Positions 25,768-32,000 of a DNA stretch of 32,000 bases are shown here, piece by piece. A program made the translations under genes and the position numbers. The number at the start of each line of letters is the position of its first letter. Positions within the stretch are counted from its first letter, which is position 1. The notes beneath the pieces were generated by a model. That model had not been told where the DNA came from and searched no databases. It worked only from the letters and a program-made list of their open reading frames with translations. This DNA is from Candidatus Lokiarchaeum ossiferum (GTDB taxonomy: Archaea; Asgardarchaeota; Lokiarchaeia; Sigyniarchaeales; Promethearchaeaceae): NCBI GenBank assembly GCA_025839675.1, contig CP104013.1:3780001-3812000 (forward strand), read 5' to 3'.

Positions 25768-27210
25768 TTAGATTCCTCCTAATTGAATGTTTCTCATGCG
25801 TAATTGCGCGCCACCCATCCAGACTGGCACCCCTTGCATGGGATCGCACTTACCGCAAGTGCCATGGGGATTTTCAAAATCGTTGCTTACTGCATCGACG
25901 CTTCCTAAAATCCCAAAGGTTGTTAATTCCAAGGTTGGGCGACGAATCATTTTATCGGTTATGACACCATCCTTAATGTAGAAACACTCCATGCCAACAT
26001 ATTTACTTTGAAATCGTCTATCATCGATGTTCCATTCGGTAAAGCTTTTCATATACATACCTTCTTTAACATCTTCCACCATTTCCTCAAGTGTGTAGGA
26101 ACCTGGTTTGAAATACGTGTTGGCCATTCTCACAATTGGTTCCCGATTAAACGCTATAGCTCGAGAGGATCCATTTGAGGGGATATTATAGCGGGCAGCA
26201 AATTCTCGATTGAGCAATAATTCGTTTAACATTCCATCTTTAATTAATTCACGTGGTCGAGCTTTGACACACTCATCATCATAGAGATAGAAACCCGAAC
26301 TTCCTTTGATAGTCGGATCGTCAATAATCGTCACTTCCGGATTTCCCATTTTGATCTGTCCCATTTCTCCTTTATCTAATAAATCTAAATAGAAAGACTC
26401 ACCGGCTTGGGCCCCTTCTCGTCCTAAAATGCGATCGCTTTCACTAGGATGACCTACATTCTCGTGAGCCATAATTCCTGCCACTTCACTGGAGACAATG
26501 ACATCGATGACTCCAAGTTTCATGTCGGTTGCATTTTTCGCAGCATTTACTAATGCTCGATTGTCCTCCATTACCACTCCGATGACGTCTTCGTCTTCAA
26601 ACCACTCCCAACCGCCTGTACCTCCTTTTCCCATGAAACGTTGCTCGGTTCCAACTTTGGCTACTGCTGTGTTAAAAGTGTGGAGTATGGGGTTTGACAA
26701 ACTGACCTTCATTTGAGAGCCCTCGTTATTAACGATATATTTGTTTTCCGAAGTGAGGCTTAACATGAGCATTCGATTTGGGAGATCTTTGCCGAAATTC
26801 TCGACGAGTTGTTTATCCATCTTTACCAGATATTCTTGTTTTTCTTCAACACTAACATCCTCAAAACTTCGTTTGACTTCCACTCCCCATTTGGTTTGTA
26901 CCGGTTTTTCCTCGGAAAATTCTATAGGGTTCTGTCGGTTACAGGATTTTGCATATTTAATCGCATCTTCTACTGCTTTTTCGATCGATTTTTGAGTTAA
27001 TTTGGCTGTTGAAGCAAATCCAACCCCTCCGTCGGTCAATACACGGATTCCGATTCCTTTGGTGGGCGTAATTCCGGCTCCAAACAGTTCTCCATTACGG
27101 GTTGTATATCCTTCCTCCCTTTTTTCAACATAGCGAGCTTCTATATATTTAACTTGATGGGAACTCCCATAGTTGATTGCATGATCTGCTAAATCTTTTC
27201 CATTATTCAT
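25768..27210 (-). CDS. tldD: TldD-family zinc metalloprotease
   Basis: HExxxH motif (MAHENVGHPSE), size (480 aa) and the paired arrangement with pmbA. Confidence 0.85.
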   Translation of the reverse strand: MNNGKDLADHAINYGSSHQVKYIEARYVEKREEGYTTRNGELFGAGITPTKGIGIRVLTDGGVGFASTAKLTQKSIEKAVEDAIKYAKSCNRQNPIEFSEEKPVQTKWGVEVKRSFEDVSVEEKQEYLVKMDKQLVENFGKDLPNRMLMLSLTSENKYIVNNEGSQMKVSLSNPILHTFNTAVAKVGTEQRFMGKGGTGGWEWFEDEDVIGVVMEDNRALVNAAKNATDMKLGVIDVIVSSEVAGIMAHENVGHPSESDRILGREGAQAGESFYLDLLDKGEMGQIKMGNPEVTIIDDPTIKGSSGFYLYDDECVKARPRELIKDGMLNELLLNREFAARYNIPSNGSSRAIAFNREPIVRMANTYFKPGSYTLEEMVEDVKEGMYMKSFTEWNIDDRRFQSKYVGMECFYIKDGVITDKMIRRPTLELTTFGILGSVDAVSNDFENPHGTCGKCDPMQGVPVWMGGAQLRMRNIQLGGI

Positions 27211-27437
27211 CTAAAGTCACTTTACCTTCATTTCTACATTGTAGTTTGAATTTTTCCTTTCTTCCGCTCTAATAAATGCGAGATTTTTGAAAAAAGTGTG
27301 TACTTTTTGCTATAGAAATGATTAATCTACTTGGTTTTTGGATGGCTATTTTAAAAAATTTGCTCCTATGATTTTTCTTTTTAAATGATTTTACAAAGTT
27401 CAATTTTACTGGTGGAAAAAGAGAAGAAAAAAGGAGT

Positions 27438-28292
27438 TTAGACACTTCCCAAAAATAAAGTTAGATATTGGAACAGAATGGCGGTTTTGAGAAGGGAATT
27501 CACAGTCATTTTATATTTTTCACCCAGATCAATTTTCCAAATGACAAGGATCGCAATAGCCATTAGTAAAACGGTTATTAACATCCCGAACAAGAAGAGG
27601 AAAGGATTGGGTAAATTGAGAAATTCGGTCACTACCATACATACAATCGACACGGCCAGATAAATCATGACATGGACCTGAAGTCTATGAGGTCCAAGTT
27701 GAGCAATGAATTTCGCATCATCCTCATGGGCCGTTGGTAAAAGTTTGAATTTTTTGATGACATCTTTCGAAAACTGCAGCCCAAAGGTGGCTAGAACTAA
27801 CAAATATACAAAAGCGGGGATTATTACTCCACCTAAGGATGCACCATACAACAATCCAAATGCGGGAAGAATACTATTCCACAAGGGTTGCAGTAAGCTT
27901 TGATATTTCCACGTTTTTCCATAGTTGATAATCATACTTTCAATTACTCCGACAAGGAGCACTGTAAAAATCGGAATGAAACCTAAATTGTAACGAATCG
28001 CATGAACAATAGAAAAAGTAATTGCTGCTATGAAGGCAACTCCGCTAACTATTAGATATTGGATGGCTTCTTTAAATTTCGCTTCTGGTTTTCCTACAAT
28101 CCGTAGTATTAGGGAACTGAAAGTCCCACTAATCGCCACTAAAAAGAAAATCAGAGGTCCAAAAATCAGATTGGCTCGAACCCGTCCCGCTCCTACCAAA
28201 TACCGGGTAAGAATGATCCCGAAAACTACCATAATCGCGCTTTTAACCCATGTCCCTGGGCGAATTGTATTGTGAAATGTTTTATATTCCAT
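27438..28292 (-). CDS. Polytopic membrane protein, unknown function
   Basis: 284 aa with about 8 hydrophobic segments. No Asp-rich prenyltransferase motifs. Lies 10 bp downstream of the 702-aa gene on the same strand. Confidence 0.7.
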   Translation of the reverse strand: MEYKTFHNTIRPGTWVKSAIMVVFGIILTRYLVGAGRVRANLIFGPLIFFLVAISGTFSSLILRIVGKPEAKFKEAIQYLIVSGVAFIAAITFSIVHAIRYNLGFIPIFTVLLVGVIESMIINYGKTWKYQSLLQPLWNSILPAFGLLYGASLGGVIIPAFVYLLVLATFGLQFSKDVIKKFKLLPTAHEDDAKFIAQLGPHRLQVHVMIYLAVSIVCMVVTEFLNLPNPFLFLFGMLITVLLMAIAILVIWKIDLGEKYKMTVNSLLKTAILFQYLTLFLGSV

Positions 28293-28302
28293 TGTATTTT
28301 CC

Positions 28303-30411
28303 TCACGCTGCTATATAAGTTCGTGTATTATCCTCGAAGTTCAAAACTAATGTTTGTCCTTCATAGGTTATGGTGGTAATCTTAGTTCCAAAAGCTTGGG
28401 TACAATAATCGTTTTCAAATCGTTCATAAGGCCCCAAATCGACTTTATCGCCATCAGCATACATATCACCATCCCAAGCCACCGTCATTAGGCCTCGGGA
28501 AGGGGAGTCATAGCTAATATCATACCCCATGACCTTTTGTTGTACTTCTACTGTCGCAGCTAAGATGGCGGTTTGGAAATCTTCAAAGGAATCATAATCT
28601 GCAGTGCTGGCTAATTCAATTATGTAGGCATTTTTCTTCCCCGTAGATCGGAGTTCAAAAGGATTGTCTGGATCATCGGTATTAGGCATCCAACGGGTAC
28701 GTTCGAAGGAATATAGAGCAACATAAGTATCACCTTGCAATCCGAAAGTCCATTTTCCTTTTTGGGTCACTTCCTCAAATGCCCACTGTGGGAAGTAGGC
28801 ATGGGTATACGATTTCGATCCTAAATATGCAATTACCGCTTCACCCAATAAAGACTGACAGGCGCGATCGTATTGGAATATGCCTACATTTTTATACATC
28901 GTGGCTCGAGGTTTCCATCCTCCAACAAATTCCCGATCACTTACACCTCCCGGTGAATTCGTATAGACCATGGCTTGATGATCAATGGTTGCTTTCCATA
29001 TAACTTCCTGAATGCCGTTTTTTCCTTTCTGATAGTCTTGGGCTCCCGAGAGTTGGTAATAGGAGGTACGATAAGTGTATGTGCTTGCTGACTCTAATGT
29101 CACACCTTGGGTGATGTCACCAAGAATTTCACAATATCCTGCAATATCTGTCCCTGTTATAGCGGCTCCAATGTTAAGAACATCTACAAACATTGGATCG
29201 TTAAATATGAGTCTTGATGAAAGATCGTACTTATTTTGGAAGGCTAATGTCGTATCAATAATTTGAGTTGCCGCAGTAGCACTGGCTCCCCACCAAAACA
29301 TTAAATCCTCTTCTGTATAATCAATCCCATAGTCTGGACCCTCTTCAAGATTTAGACTCATGCGTTCTTTATGCTCATTATTTAATTTTGCCGCTTTGGC
29401 GATATCTTCTAAAATAGGTGGAATTGTATATCGGGCACTGGTAGCAATTGATACCGCTCCTCGATTTCCGGCATCATTGAAATTTAAATCATTATCTCCC
29501 ACTCCAATTAAAAGCCATGCTGCTAACATTGGGGATTCATTATCCGCAGGAGTGTCTGCCGATGTACCCATTTGTAAATTATCTGCTGTTCTTCCATGAG
29601 ATGTGGCATATCGACTCTTATATACATTATTGGCAAAATCAAAGGCAATTTGATCTGCGACCATCATGGCTTTACGTGCAAGATCTAAATCTTCCGAAAA
29701 TTCGATGATATTGAAGATTGAAGCCAAATCTAACGAATAGTAAATATTTGAATGGAATTCTGAAAATCCAAATGTCCCACGCCAATCCAACCATCGATGA
29801 ATTAATGGTGTCGCGTGATCAATATGTTGCTGTCCAGTCATGTTAGAACTTGGAAAGGTTTCGTTTCGATATAACTGACCCGCCAATAATTCGGCTGCGT
29901 GGAACAAGTTCATGTGGTTTTCAGTCCAAAAATACATCTTATCGTTTTTTGGGAACCCATCGGATAGCGATTCATCCACCCAATACGTAAAATTAAGGAA
30001 AGTGTTTTTTAGCTCCGTTTCCAAAGCGGTACTCATAACATGGGTAACATTGTTAAAATACATCATGCGTAGATACGCATTTACTTCAAAATCTGAACAA
30101 TCTAAGTAGGCATTAACCTTTCTTGCGATATCCTTTCGGATCACCTCTTCATTGGGGGCTAATCCGGAGAATATTCGGGTGGCTTGTGCATAAAGGCTCG
30201 TATTACTAGTTATACTGATGTTTAAAAACATTTCTTTGCGTTCCTCAAATGACATGGATTCATTATATTCATACTGAGAAACATTCTGCGGAGATGCAAT
30301 CTTTGGGAGGACTTGACTGGCTATGATCTGCGTTCCCAGAGTAAATATCATTGGAATTAGAAACATGAACATGAACAAAAGCGATTGGGTTTGTTTTTTG
30401 TATAGCTTCAT
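28303..30411 (-). CDS. Secreted or membrane-anchored 702-aa protein of unknown function (possibly a glycan-active alpha/alpha-toroid plus beta-sandwich enzyme; function not established)
   Basis: N-terminal signal/anchor (LLFMFMFLIPMIFTLGTQIIA). Many N-x-S/T sequons (NVS, NES, NIS, NTS, NVT, NFT, NET, NMT). The string YFWTENHMNLFHAAELLAGQLY...GFSEFHSNIYYSLDL only vaguely resembles polysaccharide lyase/hydrolase families. Confidence 0.7.
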   Translation of the reverse strand: MKLYKKQTQSLLFMFMFLIPMIFTLGTQIIASQVLPKIASPQNVSQYEYNESMSFEERKEMFLNISITSNTSLYAQATRIFSGLAPNEEVIRKDIARKVNAYLDCSDFEVNAYLRMMYFNNVTHVMSTALETELKNTFLNFTYWVDESLSDGFPKNDKMYFWTENHMNLFHAAELLAGQLYRNETFPSSNMTGQQHIDHATPLIHRWLDWRGTFGFSEFHSNIYYSLDLASIFNIIEFSEDLDLARKAMMVADQIAFDFANNVYKSRYATSHGRTADNLQMGTSADTPADNESPMLAAWLLIGVGDNDLNFNDAGNRGAVSIATSARYTIPPILEDIAKAAKLNNEHKERMSLNLEEGPDYGIDYTEEDLMFWWGASATAATQIIDTTLAFQNKYDLSSRLIFNDPMFVDVLNIGAAITGTDIAGYCEILGDITQGVTLESASTYTYRTSYYQLSGAQDYQKGKNGIQEVIWKATIDHQAMVYTNSPGGVSDREFVGGWKPRATMYKNVGIFQYDRACQSLLGEAVIAYLGSKSYTHAYFPQWAFEEVTQKGKWTFGLQGDTYVALYSFERTRWMPNTDDPDNPFELRSTGKKNAYIIELASTADYDSFEDFQTAILAATVEVQQKVMGYDISYDSPSRGLMTVAWDGDMYADGDKVDLGPYERFENDYCTQAFGTKITTITYEGQTLVLNFEDNTRTYIAA

Positions 30412-30514
30412 AGAAAAAATTTATCCATTTTTCTATTTAATAATTAAGGAAAAAAAGTAAAAATGACCATTTTTAGTCCTTTTTCAGAACTAATATGCAT
30501 TTTCTATCATATTA

Positions 30515-31555
30515 CTAATTATTTGCACTAATTCTGACTATTCGCTTATACATTATTTCCATTTTACCCCAAGAATCTACCCCACTTGTGTTTATAAATA
30601 TAATTATAACTCGATCGGATTCGACATCATATTTCGCTATACTTTGATATCCGGGTATTAGTCCTGTATGTTCATATACATATATTTCAGAGTAGATTTC
30701 TTCTTCCGAATCAGTTAGGAGAATCCCATCATTTAATGCACGAATAAATACTCCCACATCAGTTATTGAAGCAACCATTGAACCACCGGGAATAAAATAA
30801 TCGCTTGGTTTTAGATCTGGCTCATATCCTACATAATACCCGCTCATAACATCCTCAGGATTTACTTCACTATAATAATAATACGTATCATTCAGTTGTA
30901 GTGGTATCAATATTTTGTCATTGATATATTGATTATGGGGATATCCTAGACTATCATCCATAATTTTAGCTAAAAGCAAGTAGTTGGTGTTGGAGTATTG
31001 ATATCTAGCATCCGGTTTAAAATTGGCGTCTTCACCTAATATGAGTGCTAAGGCATCATCGACGTTAGTAGGCAAGTTATTCCAAGAAAAATTGGGATCA
31101 TCTACAAAGTTTGGTATGCCACTTCTGTGTTGGATCAACATTTGTAATGTTATTTCATCTGCATATTGAATATCATCTTGATATTCCGGTAACATTCTAC
31201 TTAATGTATCATCTAATGAAAGATTCCCCTCGTCTATAAGCTTGGCCGCTGCGACTGCCATGTATAGTTTGCTAATACTTGCAATCTTAAATAATGAATC
31301 TGGATCCGCCTTTGTCTTTTCATCTCGATCATTATATCCTGCGCTATATGTTGAAACTTCTCCTGCTTCGTCTATGTATGCAATCACTCCATCTAATCCA
31401 TGCTGAGACACAGAGTTTTCGATTTCTGCTTGTACTGTGTCGGGTAAAGGAGATAATCTCATGCTAAGTAAATTCCATGGGATAAAAAATGCTGAAATAG
31501 CTAAAGAAACCGTCACAAACATAACTCCAATCACTTTTTTTCCTCTTTTCTTCAT
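30515..31555 (-). CDS. Membrane-anchored beta-lactamase-fold serine hydrolase (class C beta-lactamase / DD-peptidase family)
   Basis: N-terminal TM (VIGVMFVTVSLAISAFFIPW), SxxK motif (ASISK) and YxN motif (YSNTNY). Confidence 0.8.
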   Translation of the reverse strand: MKKRGKKVIGVMFVTVSLAISAFFIPWNLLSMRLSPLPDTVQAEIENSVSQHGLDGVIAYIDEAGEVSTYSAGYNDRDEKTKADPDSLFKIASISKLYMAVAAAKLIDEGNLSLDDTLSRMLPEYQDDIQYADEITLQMLIQHRSGIPNFVDDPNFSWNNLPTNVDDALALILGEDANFKPDARYQYSNTNYLLLAKIMDDSLGYPHNQYINDKILIPLQLNDTYYYYSEVNPEDVMSGYYVGYEPDLKPSDYFIPGGSMVASITDVGVFIRALNDGILLTDSEEEIYSEIYVYEHTGLIPGYQSIAKYDVESDRVIIIFINTSGVDSWGKMEIMYKRIVRISANN

Positions 31556-32000
31556 ACAATCAGTCCTTCATCTGTGATGACAAATTAGTTGTGACGATAT
31601 TAGTAAATAAGACTACTGATTTTACTTCATAACTTCAATTGTTCAAATGGAACTAATTTATAAGATTCACCCAATTTCAAGAAATTTCTTCTTCCATTAT
31701 CACATCCAAACAATTAAGCAGATATATCCGCCCAATAAGCTAAATTAGAGTTTGAATTTGCATATGAGTGTATGTTAAATCTATCAAATCAATATCACTT
31801 ACGGAATGCCTCCCCTCAGAGCCGCCAAAAAACGATTTAACTCGTTTCGAAAATTAAGTCAAGATACATACAATCAAAATAATTAATTCAAAAAACCCAT
31901 TAATATTAATATATCTTTCGAAGGATACCCACACATAGGGCTTCGAGAAACCTTTTTACTCCCCCGATCATGTTTGTGATGGGGTTTTGTATCGATATCC

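Noticed and set aside
27438-28292. UbiA-type prenyltransferase assignment for the 284-aa membrane protein
   Set aside because: No NDxxDxxxD or second Asp-rich motif is present; only the hydrophobicity pattern is similar.
31573-31625. C/D-box sRNA-like string: GTGATGA (C box-like) ... GTGACGA ... CTGA (D box-like)
   Set aside because: No proper D'/C' pair with about 12-nt guide spacing and no terminal stem. It lies immediately upstream of the hydrolase start codon, so it is probably a chance match in promoter/5'-UTR sequence.
31883-32000. Minus-strand frame open from the right edge (…DIDTKPHHKHDRGSKKVSRSPMCGYPSKDILILMGFLN*) as the 3' end of a gene
   Set aside because: Only about 39 codons with an unconvincing composition and no motif. 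It cannot be supported without sequence beyond the window.
1-32000. CRISPR arrays, tRNA/rRNA genes, IS elements and integrases
   Set aside because: None was seen on either strand: no regularly spaced repeats, no cloverleaf-compatible GC-rich ~75-nt segments, and no transposase or integrase motifs.

Overview
This is an AT-rich window (by eye about one-third GC, not computed) with archaeal gene content. I support 24 protein-coding genes and found no rRNA, tRNA, CRISPR array or recognisable transposase or integrase.

Layout:
- Left part (1-9.7 kb): a 5'-truncated 2-hydroxyacyl-CoA-dehydratase/activase-related gene, a glycosylation-sequon-rich beta-helix surface protein with a PGF-CTERM-like tail, a class II aldolase, a flavodoxin-ferredoxin fusion, a Zn-ribbon plus COG3359-like DEDD exonuclease, a GH13 alpha-amylase-family gene, two small zinc-ribbon genes and a polytopic membrane protein.
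- Centre (9.8-24.3 kb): a redox supercluster made of two divergently transcribed heterodisulfide-reductase modules. Module 1 is mvhD-hdrA (minus strand) facing an HdrD-like CCG protein plus NuoE/NuoF/NuoG-like (HydC/HydB-type) genes. Module 2 is a second hdrA (minus strand) facing a TPR-HdrB fusion, a four-cluster polyferredoxin and hdrC.
- Right part (24.4-31.6 kb): pmbA-tldD, a membrane protein, a 702-aa secreted protein and a membrane-anchored beta-lactamase-fold serine hydrolase, then about 445 bp with no ORF.

Key observations:
1. The second hdrA is one gene of about 658 codons (19050-21026, minus strand). The ORF track splits it at two in-frame TGA codons, and both align exactly with conserved Cys in the Cys-type paralog 7 kb away. 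It is therefore a two-selenocysteine gene.
2. Its 3' UTR holds a hairpin with AUGA/UGAU tandem G.A geometry and an A-rich apical loop. This is a eukaryote-like SECIS candidate, consistent with what has been reported for Lokiarchaeota.
3. The Hdr modules are linked to a HydB/HydC-type NADH module rather than to a hydrogenase. The NuoG-like subunit has no recognisable catalytic site and carries an unassigned C-terminal extension.
4. HdrB is fused to an N-terminal region of about 285 aa called as TPR-like.
5. A 165-bp, roughly 87 % identical, decayed duplicate of the amylase gene's 3' end lies 0.8 kb downstream. It brackets the two zinc-ribbon genes and looks like the scar of an insertion or duplication.

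All functional calls come from motif recognition by eye; no database search was possible.
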